DNA from: Thermoanaerobaculia bacterium
GTDB taxonomy: Bacteria > Acidobacteriota > Thermoanaerobaculia > Multivoradales > Multivoraceae
NCBI GenBank assembly: GCA_963666565.1
Contig: OY762911.1
Location: 2,880,001-2,944,000, forward strand
Reading direction: 5' to 3'
DNA length: 64,000 nucleotides
Position numbers and translations under genes: made by a program. The stretch's first letter is position 1. Each line of letters begins with the position of its first letter. This document shows positions 9,869-20,300 of the stretch, piece after piece. Below the pieces are notes generated by a model, which saw only the letters and a list, made by a program, of their open reading frames with translations, had not been told where the DNA came from and did no database searches.

Positions 9869-11157
9869 GCATGTCGATAACCACAGAACAACTCGCGTCA
9901 CGCATTCGGGCTGCAAGGGAGGCAACCGGCTTGACACAGGAGGCGGTGGCTGGCGCGCTGAAGCTCTCGCGCCCCGCCGTGTCGCAGATGGAGGCCGGGA
10001 ACCGGGCCGTGTCGGGCCTCGAACTCGAGCGCCTCGGGCGCCTTTTCGGGAGGCGCATGACCGACTTCTTCGACGATGCGTTCTCTCCCGAACGAGGCGC
10101 GGCCATCGCGCTCTTCCGCGCGCATCCGATTCTGAGCAGCGACTCCGACCTACGGGACGCGGTGGGGCTGGCACTGGAGTTCGGGCGTTCCGTGGCCCAC
10201 CTTGAGGACCGGCTCCAGATCGACAGGCGCGAGGTGGTGGCGTACGGCTATGGGACCGCCGCCATGAAGAACAAGTGGGATGCCATCCAGCAGGGAGAGC
10301 GCGTGGCCGGCGCGGAGCGGAACAGGCTGGGGCTGGGCATCGAGCCGCTGCCCGATCTCGTGGATCTGTTGGAGAGGCAGGGCGTGCGCGCCGTGGCGGC
10401 GTCGATGCCTGCCAAAGTGTCCGGCCTGACCCTGGTGGACGATGCGGCGGGCATCGTCGTCGCGGTCAATGGACGGCACGGGTTCAACCGGCAGCGCTTC
10501 TCGCTGGCCCGGGAGTACGCCCATGTCCTGTTCGACCGCGACAGGCAGGCCTGCCTGAGCCGCAGGGAGGACCAGGAATCGTCGATGGAGGTGCGGGCCG
10601 ACTCCTTCGCCGCCACTTTCTTGCTTCCGGCCGACGGTGTTCGTCGCTATGTCCACTACCTCGCCAAGGGGCGCGCGAGCCGGACTCGCCGCCAAGTCTC
10701 GGACGGCCGGGACGTTCAAACCGCGGAGCGCCGACGGCCTCCCGGCAGCCAGGGGCTGCGTCTGCACGACGTGGCAATGCTCGCTCATCACTTCGGCGTC
10801 AGCCGCGTGGCGGCGCTCTACCGCCTGAACGGCCTGGGGATCCTCACCGAACGGCAGCGGGCCGCTTTGGCCGAGTGGAACGTCGGCCACGGCGAACGCC
10901 TCGCGAGCCTGCTTGGTCTTCGGAACCCCGACGCCGCCCGCCGTCGCTTGCCTCGCAAGCGTCTCGTGACCCTCGGAATCGAGGCCCTGGAGCGGGAGAT
11001 CATCTCCTACAGCAAGCTCCGCGAGTTGGCCGGACTAGTGGGCGTGAGCGAGGACGATCTGGAGGAACTCGTGGTGGCCGCAGGAATCGACCCGAGACCG
11101 CCGGTTGATGTGTCGCCGGTGGACTGGGACGTTCTGAGAAGAGGATCGGTGAGGTAG
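9865..11157 (+). CDS. XRE-family HTH fused to ImmA/IrrE-like (peptidase M78) domain; HExxH degenerate (REYAH)
   Basis: RIRAAREATGLTQEAVA..SRPAVSQMEAGNR HTH; RQRFSLAREYAHVL; EVRADSFAATFLLP; HHFGVSR. GTGA overlap with the brxC stop; alternative ATG at 9871. Confidence 0.85.
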   Translation: MSMSITTEQLASRIRAAREATGLTQEAVAGALKLSRPAVSQMEAGNRAVSGLELERLGRLFGRRMTDFFDDAFSPERGAAIALFRAHPILSSDSDLRDAVGLALEFGRSVAHLEDRLQIDRREVVAYGYGTAAMKNKWDAIQQGERVAGAERNRLGLGIEPLPDLVDLLERQGVRAVAASMPAKVSGLTLVDDAAGIVVAVNGRHGFNRQRFSLAREYAHVLFDRDRQACLSRREDQESSMEVRADSFAATFLLPADGVRRYVHYLAKGRASRTRRQVSDGRDVQTAERRRPPGSQGLRLHDVAMLAHHFGVSRVAALYRLNGLGILTERQRAALAEWNVGHGERLASLLGLRNPDAARRRLPRKRLVTLGIEALEREIISYSKLRELAGLVGVSEDDLEELVVAAGIDPRPPVDVSPVDWDVLRRGSVR

Positions 11158-13790
11158 TGGCGAGTCGAGCCGAGGCTCACGACGGGGCGCTGGATGCACT
11201 AAGTCATCCGGTGGTCCTTCGCGGAGCTTGGCTTCGCGTAGACGGCTGGTATCGCAGCGGCAACTTGGCGCCTCAACCCGAACTCTCCCTCTGGCGCCTT
11301 CACCCGGAACGCGAGATGCGCCGGCTAGCGCGCGATCTGCGAAGGGAGAGATGGACGCCGAGCGATTGGCTCCAGGTTCCGTACCCGAAGCGGGGCGCTT
11401 GCTTGCGCCACTACACGATGCCCTCCGTACGCGACCAAGTTGCGTTCATGGCGTTTCTGGTGCTGCTGGGCCCTCTGTTGGATCGCCAGTTTGAGAACTT
11501 CGTATTCGGGAACAGGTGGTATCGGCCGATTCGATGGGAGCGACGGACCGGCCGGGGTCACTGGGTGCAGGGCCCTTACCCGTTGCTGACGGACAAGGCC
11601 TATCTGCCTTACGCCCGCTCGCATGGCCTCTATCGTCGCGTAGCACACTGGACAGTTGCGCGAATGACGAACGCGCGGATACGCGACCACGACTACGGAG
11701 GGCCACTTCAGCTCCCCGACGACTACGTGCGGACATCGCTTCCTGAGTGGACCAGGGAGGAGTGGTGGGCTACTGAAGACCGCGGCGCCCGTTGTGCCTA
11801 CTGGGCAGCTCTGGACCTCCAGCTCGCGTATCCCTCGATTCGTCTCAGTCGACTGCGCGAGAGCATCCGTCAGATGGCCGGCCAAGCTCCGGTCTTCGAG
11901 TTGAGTGGCTTCCCCGAGGCCGTTCTCGACATCATGGCTCGTCCTGGGACTCCCGAGCTTCTTGGCGACCACCTTGCCGACGCGCTCGACGCAGTGACCG
12001 TGTTGTCTGGAGAGATCCCGGAGACTGCTTGGCGTCCCTGCTGCGCGGCTCCGGACCTGCCTCCCGACAACCGCGGCCTTCCCACAGGGCTCGCGATATC
12101 GGGACTTCTGATGAACGTCCTCCTGCACGCCGGCGACAGCGAACTCTTGACGAGCCTAGAGGCCCGGGAAGGTCGGGACCGTAGCGCCTTCCTCAGATTC
12201 GCGGACGACATGTACGTTCTGTCGCGATCCGCCAACGGCCTAGTCGACCTCATTGACGACGTCTGGAGGGCCTTGGTGGGCGAGGACTCCGTCGCCCTCG
12301 CGAGCGGGGTCTCGCCGTCGAACCTCTACCTCAATCTCGGCAAGGTAGCGCCCGAGGAGTTGTCGAAGTTGGTCAACGCCTATCTCAAGGCACAGGGTTG
12401 GAAGTGCTGCGGTAGCTGCCGTCGCCTGAGGCCCCAAGGATCTGCAACCGAAACGGAAGTCCCCACGTTGGGCGACTGGTTCCGTTCGGAGGGAGGCGAT
12501 GGAAGTTCATGGGGCGTGGATCTCCAACGGACGGCAGTGGGTCCCAACGAAGTGGGTCCGTTCTTGACGACATTGGTTTCCCGGCTGAGCGAGCTCGGTA
12601 CGGATACTCTGGCGGAGCGCTTTGGCGAGGGAGCCAGGCATCGGCTCGGCCGACTTCACGAACTGGCCCGATTCGACATCGACGACAAGCAGGTTCGCCC
12701 CGAAACTCGTCGCGCGTTTGCGGCCAATCGGCTAGTCAGGACCTGGCTTTCGCCCGACGGGGCCAAGGCGCGCGCCACCTTGGCGGACATTCGGGAGTCG
12801 ATTGCCTACGTGCTGCGAGTGACGCCTTGGAAATTCTCGCTCTGGAGGTCCGTGGTGAGGGCGGCTGCAATGCGTCCGCCTGAGCGGTCCGAAGAAGACG
12901 AGCGGCTGGCTCGGGATTGGCTTGTCGGCCGGCTCCGGCATATCGCCCACGTTCAAGGCGGTCAGGATTCGCGCTCCTGGATGAACGCTTGGCCGGAGGA
13001 TCTGGAGGATGAGGATCGGAGTGACCGAGACGCGCTTTGGAAGGCGCTGTACCTGTCCTTCCACAGGGCGGCTTTCTGGCATGCGATGGGCGACGTACTG
13101 AGGGAGCTCTGGCGTCACGATGATCGAGTCAAGCAACCACCGGTGGGCGACGCCGGGCCGTCGCCGAGTTGGTGGACGGTACGGGCTCTCCCTGGCGGAG
13201 GGCACGCTGTCGTCGCTGCTTGGCTAGGAGCGCTAGACGAGTGGACGGGCGTGCTCTACCCGTCCGAGGACGTCACGGATCGTCTGAGACGATGGCCTTG
13301 GGAGCTTGACGAACTCGTTGCCGCTGTTCTCGCTTCCAGTGCCCGACCGGAGGTTGCGGAGGGCCTGCGCCGTGCAGAGCGGCCCGGCGGGTCGCTCGCG
13401 GCACCTGTTGCGCTTATCAGCGGCAGGTGGCGGCGAACTGCCGAGCTTCTTGAGAAGGCTGAGCGCGTCCTGCCGCCACATGCGAAGGAAAGGGCCCTGA
13501 ACGAGAGCGCACTCGCACATCTCTACTTGGCGGGTCGCCGAAAGGGCTTGGCACCCGTCCTGTTTCCGGCGGGCCAGCCGCCGCGAATTCTGGGGGCTCC
13601 CCGAGACACTGACCATGCGATCGCCGTCGGAATGGCTCTTGGGTGTGGCGCGAGCATCGGCCTGGACCTGCTGCGGCAAGCGCTTCTTGATCCCGCGGTG
13701 GCGGCTCGAAAGGCCTCGCGTGATCCGCACGCCCTCCGGGAGTACGGACGCGCACGGCGTCTTTACCTGGGCCACGAGGTGCAGGCGTAA
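11157..13790 (+). CDS. Reverse transcriptase of the UG/Abi (defence-associated RT) type with long helical C-terminal region
   Basis: VPYPKR..LRHYTMPSVRDQVA, FGNRW, ALDLQLAYPSI, GLPTGLAISGLLMN, catalytic FLRFADDM, NLGK. No maturase or endonuclease domain seen. Confidence 0.9.
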   Translation: MASRAEAHDGALDALSHPVVLRGAWLRVDGWYRSGNLAPQPELSLWRLHPEREMRRLARDLRRERWTPSDWLQVPYPKRGACLRHYTMPSVRDQVAFMAFLVLLGPLLDRQFENFVFGNRWYRPIRWERRTGRGHWVQGPYPLLTDKAYLPYARSHGLYRRVAHWTVARMTNARIRDHDYGGPLQLPDDYVRTSLPEWTREEWWATEDRGARCAYWAALDLQLAYPSIRLSRLRESIRQMAGQAPVFELSGFPEAVLDIMARPGTPELLGDHLADALDAVTVLSGEIPETAWRPCCAAPDLPPDNRGLPTGLAISGLLMNVLLHAGDSELLTSLEAREGRDRSAFLRFADDMYVLSRSANGLVDLIDDVWRALVGEDSVALASGVSPSNLYLNLGKVAPEELSKLVNAYLKAQGWKCCGSCRRLRPQGSATETEVPTLGDWFRSEGGDGSSWGVDLQRTAVGPNEVGPFLTTLVSRLSELGTDTLAERFGEGARHRLGRLHELARFDIDDKQVRPETRRAFAANRLVRTWLSPDGAKARATLADIRESIAYVLRVTPWKFSLWRSVVRAAAMRPPERSEEDERLARDWLVGRLRHIAHVQGGQDSRSWMNAWPEDLEDEDRSDRDALWKALYLSFHRAAFWHAMGDVLRELWRHDDRVKQPPVGDAGPSPSWWTVRALPGGGHAVVAAWLGALDEWTGVLYPSEDVTDRLRRWPWELDELVAAVLASSARPEVAEGLRRAERPGGSLAAPVALISGRWRRTAELLEKAERVLPPHAKERALNESALAHLYLAGRRKGLAPVLFPAGQPPRILGAPRDTDHAIAVGMALGCGASIGLDLLRQALLDPAVAARKASRDPHALREYGRARRLYLGHEVQA

Positions 13791-13793
13791 CAG

Positions 13794-15596
13794 ATGTTGC
13801 CGACGCTCCATCGACTGCTTTGGGGTCCCACTCGGGAGAAGCGTCTCGCGGAATGGGCGCCCCGGCCATGGGAGGTGCCCGCGGTTGGTCTGCCTGTCCG
13901 CGTAGCGGTCTTTCTCTACTCATCGGTAGCGCGGTCCCCGTGTCCTTCTGAGTGGACGCCGGAAGCGGGACCGCTGACGTGGTCGCTTGGCGGTGAGCTG
14001 GAGGTCCTTGGCGCAGGCAGGCTCGCCCAGTTCGAGATGAACCCGGCAGCTTCGCCAAGCGGTAGCGCATCCCCCGGTCGAGGTCCCGTTCTCAGGCGCA
14101 CCACCGCTTGGGAAGTTCCGCCGCATGAGGCGTACTTTCTTCCTCTTGCGGCTGCGGCCGAAGTGGCGGCGATCAAGGCCGAGGACTATGCACTCTACTG
14201 CGACGTTCTCCTGCTGATTACCGCGCTCGACGGTGGTGAAGCGATTCTCTCGGGATTGGCCGAGCGAGGAGTCGGTGCCGTTCCATTCGTGGACCGATGG
14301 GCTTGGCGGTCCCGAATCCACCTTCCTGAGGCGGCGTGGGCGGCGATGGACGCAATTCTCCGCTGGTCTACGAGGCCTGACCGTGAGTTCGGTCCGGGAC
14401 GAGAGGAGTTTGCTCACGCTCTTGAGGCTTGCTGCCCGAAGACGATCACGAACGACGACTTCAAGCGCGAGCGCATCGACATCGGCTTGGCGGACGCGCG
14501 CTCCACCGAAGTTCCCCGCACGGTGCGGCCACCAGGGCTGGTGGACGGCAAACTGCCGGAGGAACTTGAAGTGAACGAGGCGGAGCTCGCCGACTCGCTC
14601 CTGCTTCGCGTCGGCCAAACGTTTGAGCCGAAGCGGTCGTTCAACTCGATGCTCTCCTCCTTTCCCCGCATGGAGCTAGAGGCAGGCAACGCCGTCCTTG
14701 AACAGATCGCCAGTGCGTTCCAGGCGCCACATCACCCGAGCCCGGAGCAGACCCCCGGTCTCGTCGTGTTTCCCGAACTGGCCGTGCCGCAACCCGAGGC
14801 CCGCACGGTTCGCGACCTGGTCCGCGAGACTGGCATCGCTTCGCTGAGCGGCCTCTACTGGCGGCAACTCAAGCCTGCGTATCCGGCACGGGGCTTGACC
14901 CGCGCATCCAGGAGTTGGTTCGTCAATGAGGCCGAGCTCACGCTCCCCGTGGGCCACAAAGAGCCCGGGCCTACCAGTGTTCGTTGGTACCGGGTTCGCA
15001 AGCCGGTGCCGGCCCATATCGAGGCCGGCTTGGCATCGGCGCTTGGTTCCCGGTGCTGTGGACAAGACGAGCTGAAACCCGGCGAGGAGACTTGCTGGGC
15101 CATGCTCAAGGGGCGGAGGTGGTACAGGTTCCTCCATCCCGATTGGGGCGACTTCTCGGTCGCGATCTGCGCAGACCTGCTCGATGCCGCGCCTTGGCGC
15201 TCCTTGCGAGGCGAGATCATGCATCTCTTCATGGTCGCCTTCAATCAGGATCTCGACCTGTTCGACGCGCTGACGCGGACAAGGTCGTACGAGAACTTCG
15301 CGAACGTCGTGACCGTGAATGACGGCCGCTACGGCGGCAGCGTGCTGTGGACGCCCAAGCGGGGCCACCGTCGGGAGGCGGGGCGCGTTCGAGGCGGCGG
15401 TCTCTCAGTTACGGCCGACGTGCGATTGCCCGTGAAGGAGCTCTTTCGCCGACAGAGGTTCGGAGTCGCCGAGGCGGAGCGCCGTGCGGAAGTGCAGTGG
15501 CAGGGCAAGAAGGAAGATCCTGAGAAGTTCAAGGCGCCGCCTCCCGGATTCAGGCGGCGCGCTTCGAATCAGTGCCCGAAGTTCAAGGAGGTTTGA
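13794..15596 (+). CDS. Protein with C-terminal nitrilase/carbon-nitrogen hydrolase domain (RT partner)
   Basis: Glu-Lys-Cys triad pattern: VVFPELAVP, NEAEL..RVRKPVPAHIE, VAICADLLD; then AFNQD and VTVNDGRYGGS. Confidence 0.82.
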   Translation: MLPTLHRLLWGPTREKRLAEWAPRPWEVPAVGLPVRVAVFLYSSVARSPCPSEWTPEAGPLTWSLGGELEVLGAGRLAQFEMNPAASPSGSASPGRGPVLRRTTAWEVPPHEAYFLPLAAAAEVAAIKAEDYALYCDVLLLITALDGGEAILSGLAERGVGAVPFVDRWAWRSRIHLPEAAWAAMDAILRWSTRPDREFGPGREEFAHALEACCPKTITNDDFKRERIDIGLADARSTEVPRTVRPPGLVDGKLPEELEVNEAELADSLLLRVGQTFEPKRSFNSMLSSFPRMELEAGNAVLEQIASAFQAPHHPSPEQTPGLVVFPELAVPQPEARTVRDLVRETGIASLSGLYWRQLKPAYPARGLTRASRSWFVNEAELTLPVGHKEPGPTSVRWYRVRKPVPAHIEAGLASALGSRCCGQDELKPGEETCWAMLKGRRWYRFLHPDWGDFSVAICADLLDAAPWRSLRGEIMHLFMVAFNQDLDLFDALTRTRSYENFANVVTVNDGRYGGSVLWTPKRGHRREAGRVRGGGLSVTADVRLPVKELFRRQRFGVAEAERRAEVQWQGKKEDPEKFKAPPPGFRRRASNQCPKFKEV

Positions 15597-15599
15597 CCG

Positions 15600-16781
15600 A
15601 TGGCGACGATCCACACCCTACAGCTCGATGGTTTCTTGTCCTTCCCGCCGGGTTCGTCGGCGTTCGAGCTTCAGCCTCTGAACGTACTGATCGGACCGAA
15701 CGGCGCCGGCAAGTCGAACTTCATCGAGGCGTTCGAGCTTCTCGCGGCTGCGCCGGTGGACTTTGCCGCGGCAGTACGGAGTGGGGGCGGCGCGAAGGAA
15801 TGGCCGTGGAAGGGAGTGGGCGCTAGGTCCACCGCCCGCATCGAGACCGTGCTGGCTGATGGAACCCCGACTGGTCGGCCGCTTCGCCATGGCATCGAGT
15901 TCGGCTCGGTCGCCCGCCGGGCGGAGGTCCTCGACGAGGTGGTGGAGGAGACGAGGCCCTACGCGGGGAACGAGGACGTTTTCTTCTACTATCGGTTCCA
16001 ACAAGGCGAGCCAGCGATCAGCGTTCGCGAGGAAGGCGGCAAAGCGGTCCAGCGGAGCCTGAAGAGAGAGAACCTGCCTCCCGATCAGTCGGTCCTCGCT
16101 CGCTACAAGAGCGTCGACCTCTGCCCGGAAGTTGCGTGGGTCTCGGAGCGCTTCAAGGCGATTCGGACATTCCGTGAGTGGACGTTCGGCCGCTTCGCGT
16201 CGCTTCGGGAGCCGCAACGCTCCGACCTGCCGGACGACAGCCTGCTGCCGAACAACTTGAATCTCGCGCTTGTTCTGAACTACATCGGACACTCCGGCGC
16301 GACGCAACTGGAGCACGAGATGCGGCAGTTTCTCCCGCGGTTCGCACGCCTGTCCACGCGAGTCGCCGGCGGATCCGTGCAGTTCTACGTTCACGAGAAC
16401 GGATTGACCGCACCCATTCCGGCAAGCCGTCTCTCGGACGGCACGATGCGGTTCATGGCCATCCTTGTCACCTTGCTTCATCCCGACCCGCCTCCCCTTG
16501 TTTGCATCGAGGAGCCAGAGCTTGGGCTGCACCCGGACGCGGTTGTCGGGCTGGGGGACCTCCTCGTCGAGGCATCCTCGCGGATGCAGCTGGTCGTGAC
16601 GACGCACTCCGACGCTCTGGTTGCTGCTCTCTCCAACCGAGCAGACTCGGTCGTCACGTGCCAGTGGAAGGGCGGGGGAAGCGCCTTGGAGCGAGTTGAT
16701 CCGGAGCGGCTTCGCAGGTGGCTCCACGAATACACCTTGGGCGACATCTGGCGGATGGGCAAGCTGGGTGCGAACCCGTGA
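15600..16781 (+). CDS. ABC-type (AAA_21-like) ATPase
   Basis: LNVLIGPNGAGKSN, LSDGTMR signature, VCIEEPELGLHP, VTTHSD. Confidence 0.9.
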   Translation: MATIHTLQLDGFLSFPPGSSAFELQPLNVLIGPNGAGKSNFIEAFELLAAAPVDFAAAVRSGGGAKEWPWKGVGARSTARIETVLADGTPTGRPLRHGIEFGSVARRAEVLDEVVEETRPYAGNEDVFFYYRFQQGEPAISVREEGGKAVQRSLKRENLPPDQSVLARYKSVDLCPEVAWVSERFKAIRTFREWTFGRFASLREPQRSDLPDDSLLPNNLNLALVLNYIGHSGATQLEHEMRQFLPRFARLSTRVAGGSVQFYVHENGLTAPIPASRLSDGTMRFMAILVTLLHPDPPPLVCIEEPELGLHPDAVVGLGDLLVEASSRMQLVVTTHSDALVAALSNRADSVVTCQWKGGGSALERVDPERLRRWLHEYTLGDIWRMGKLGANP

Positions 16782-17395
16782 CCGACATCGAGGTCTACAT
16801 GGAAGGCGGAGGCCGCACCGCCAGTTCGAGGGCGCTGCTCCGTGAAGGGGCGGAGGAGTTTCTTGGGGAACTTCGATCCGCTGCGCGAAGCCGGGGCCTC
16901 GAACTGAGGATCGTCTGCTGCGGCGGGCGAGGCGAGGCACGAGCCGACTTCGTCGAGGCAAGGAGCGAGGGGCGGTTCGCGGCGCTCCTGCTAGTGGACT
17001 CGGAGAAGCCGGTCGAGGGCGATCCCAGAACCCACCTCGTCACTCACGACGGCTGGGGGGATCTGGAACCGGCGTCCGAGAGCGAGATTCACCTAATGGT
17101 GCAGGTGATGGAGACCTGGCTCGTCGCCGATCCTCAGGCGCTCGCGAGGCACTATGGACCTGCCTTTCGCACGGACCTTCTGCCGGCGGACCAGGACTTG
17201 GAGACGGTAGAGAAGGAGACGGTGCTCGCGACCCTCGAAGAGGCTACTGCACCGACGTCGGAGGGCCGCTACCACAAGATCCACCATGCCAGACGGCTCC
17301 TCGGCCTGATCGACTCGGAGAGGGTCCAAGCGCGCTGCCCGCATTGCAAGCGGCTCTTCGAGATGCTGACGGCCTTGATCGAGGAGGCGGCCTGA
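16778..17395 (+). CDS. DUF4276-like (TOPRIM-related) partner of the ATPase
   Basis: IEVYMEGGG, CGGR, LLVDSE, MVQVMETWLVAD, YHKIHH; GTGA overlap with the ATPase stop. Confidence 0.75.
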   Translation: MTDIEVYMEGGGRTASSRALLREGAEEFLGELRSAARSRGLELRIVCCGGRGEARADFVEARSEGRFAALLLVDSEKPVEGDPRTHLVTHDGWGDLEPASESEIHLMVQVMETWLVADPQALARHYGPAFRTDLLPADQDLETVEKETVLATLEEATAPTSEGRYHKIHHARRLLGLIDSERVQARCPHCKRLFEMLTALIEEAA

Positions 17396-17396
17396 G

Positions 17397-20300
17397 ATGA
17401 CCGGAGCCCTAACGCCCGACCTCCGCAAGCAGTTGGAGAAGGCCGTCCGCTCCGCGCGCGCCGAAGGCGAGGCCGGCACTCGCGCTGCGCTGCGGGCGCT
17501 CGCGGTGGACGGCGCCCGGCCGCACGAGTCGATGTCCGCCGACGAGCGCAAGCTGCGGCGGCGGCTTCGCGCCCACGGCCGGCAGTTGGGCGACGTACGG
17601 GACCGGGAGAGCGGAGCGCAGGAGATCGGGCGGCTCGTCCACGAGGTCGCCTACGAGCACTGGCACCGGATGCTGTTCGCTCGGTTCCTGGCGGAGAACG
17701 GGTTGCTGGTCGAGCCCCGGTCCCGGGTTTCGGTATCGCTGGACGAGTGCGCTGAACTGGCGCGCGAAGCGGGCGCCACGGACGGCTGGCAGGTCGCCGA
17801 GAGGTTCGCTGCCGAGATGTTGCCCCGGATCTTCCGGCCAGACGACCCGGCCCTCGCGGTGACGCTGGCGCCGGAGACGCGGCAGAGGTTGGAGCGGCTG
17901 GTGGAAGATCTGCCAGACAGCGTGTTCACGGCGAGCGACGCGCTTGGCTGGACGTACCAGTTCTGGCAGGCGGACCGGAAGGAGGAGGTAAACCAGTCGG
18001 GCGCGAAGATCGGCGCGGACGAACTTCCCGCGGTGACGCAGTTGTTCACCGAGAACTACATGGTCCAGTTTCTGTTCCACAACACCATCGGCGCGTGGCG
18101 GGCCGGCAAGCACCTGGAGCAGCGGCCCGAACTGGCCGAGCGTGCCGCGAGCGAAGGGGAACTCGGGGCCGCCGTGCACATCGAACCGCGAGGCGGCCTC
18201 GACGGCTACGACTTCGACTACCTGCGGTTCGTCCGCGAACCGGCCGGCGACGACGGCGAGGATGTGGCCCGGACCTCGACTGGACCTTGGCGGCCAGCCG
18301 GCGGTGCCTTCCGCCGCTGGCCCGACCGGGCGGCGGACCTTCGGGTGCTGGACCCATGCTGCGGAAGCGGCCACTTCCTCATCGAGGGCTTGGAACTCCT
18401 GGTGCGGCTGCGCATGGAGGAGGAGGGCCTCGGGGTCGAGCACGCCGTCGGGGCCGTGTTGAGGGACAACCTGTTCGGACTGGAGATCGACCAGCGCTGC
18501 ACGCAGATCGCGGCTTTCAATCTTGCACTGGCCGCGTGGAAGATGGTGGGCCGCCCGATCGACTTGCCGCCGCCACGGATTGCCTGCTCCGGTCTCGCCG
18601 TGAGCGCTTCGAAGGACGACTGGGTGAGGCTTGCCGAGGGCGATCAACGTCTGGAAGGCACGCTCGACCGGCTCCACGACCTCTTCAAGCAGGGGCCCAT
18701 TCTCGGTTCGTTGATCGACCCGGCGGGGGTCGGCGAGGAACTGTTCCAGGCCGACTTCGCGACGGCGGAGCGCGCTCTGAGCCGGGCGGTCGCCCAGGAA
18801 GACGCCGGCGAGGAAGAGCGGGAGCGCGCGGTGGCGGCGCAGGGGATGTCGCGCGCCGCCGGACTGCTGGCCGGCGAGTACGACCTCGTGATCACCAACG
18901 TGCCCTATCTGGCGCGTCGCAAGCAAGCCGCGAGCCTGCAGGACTTCGCGCTCAAGAGTCACCCGGACGCTAAGGCCGACTTGGCGACCATTTTCGTGTC
19001 GAGGATTCTCCGGTGGCTCGGGACCGGCGGCGTTCAGGCGGTCGTCGCGCCGCAGAACTGGCTGTTTTTGACCAGCTATAGGAAGCTGCGCGAGCGGCTG
19101 CTCGCCGAACGGACGTGGCGATTCGTGGCGCGGCTGGGACCCGGCGCGTTCGAGACGATAGGCGGGCACGTCGTGAACGTCGCCATGGCCGTGCTGTCGG
19201 CCAAGAGGCCGGACGAAAACTGGCGCATGGCCGGCATCGACGTGTCGGCACCCCGCGGCGAGAAGCCGATTCCGGCGCGGAAGAAGGCGGAGTTGCTGCG
19301 GACTCGTGGGAGAAAGCCGGTCTCACAACTTCCGCAGGCTCGGCAGCGACGCAATCCAGATGCCGTGGTCAGGCTACTCGACTACGGAGAAGCGGTTCAG
19401 GTTCTTCTATCTGAGCATGCTCAGGGTCTTGCCGGCATACTGAACGGCGATTCTCTCCGTTTTCGTCGCATGGTGTGGGAGTTCCATCCCGTTCCGCCGG
19501 AGTGGGTCTTGCAGCAGACAAGCGTCGACGAACCGAGCTTCTTTGGCGGACATTCAGGAGTCATCTACTTCGATGAGGAGAACGGCCATCTCCGCGAGGA
19601 TGCTCTCGTTCGACGGGAGAGGCTTCACGACTCGGACCGCCGTGGCAACGCGGCATGGGGTCGGAACGGAATCGGCATCAGCCAGATGACGACGTTGCCT
19701 GCGACGCTGTACTCGGGGGCCAAGTTCGACTCCAACGTGGCGGTCATTCTCCCTAGAGAGGGGGCACTCGTTGAGTCAATCTGGTGCTACTGCTCCGCTC
19801 CCGAGTACGCGCGGGCCGTGCGGGAGATCGACCAAAAGCTGAATGTAACCAACGCCACGTTGGTGAAGGTTCCATTCGATCGAGGTCACTGGAGGAAGGT
19901 CGCCGCCGCCCGGTACCCCAACGGCCTCCCCGAGCCGTTCTCCGACGACCCGACTCAATGGCTTTTCCACGGCCACCCGTGCGGCTCGGTGGTCTGGGAC
20001 GAGGAGACGAAGTGGACCGCCCACGGTCCGCTCCGTGCAGACGCTTCCGTGCTCCACGTCGCCGTCGCGCGGCTCCTCGGCTACCGCTGGCCAGCGGAGC
20101 TCGACCCGGACATGCGGCTGGCGGCAGAGTCCCGAGAATGGGTCGAGCGGTGCCGGGAACTGCACCACTTCGCCGACGAGGACGGCATCGTCTGCCTTCG
20201 GGCAGCGGCTGGCGAGCTGCCGGCGGCCGACCGGCTGCGCTCCCTGCTCGCGGCCTCCTACGGCGAGGCGTGGTCCGACGGGAAGGAGGGCCAGCTTCTT

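Noticed and set aside
11157-13790. RT as a group II intron, retron, DGR or CRISPR-associated RT
   Set aside because: No flanking non-coding space for intron RNA or msr-msd, no VTG retron motif, no template/variable repeat pair or avd gene, and no cas genes or array. Motifs and the nitrilase partner fit UG/Abi RTs.
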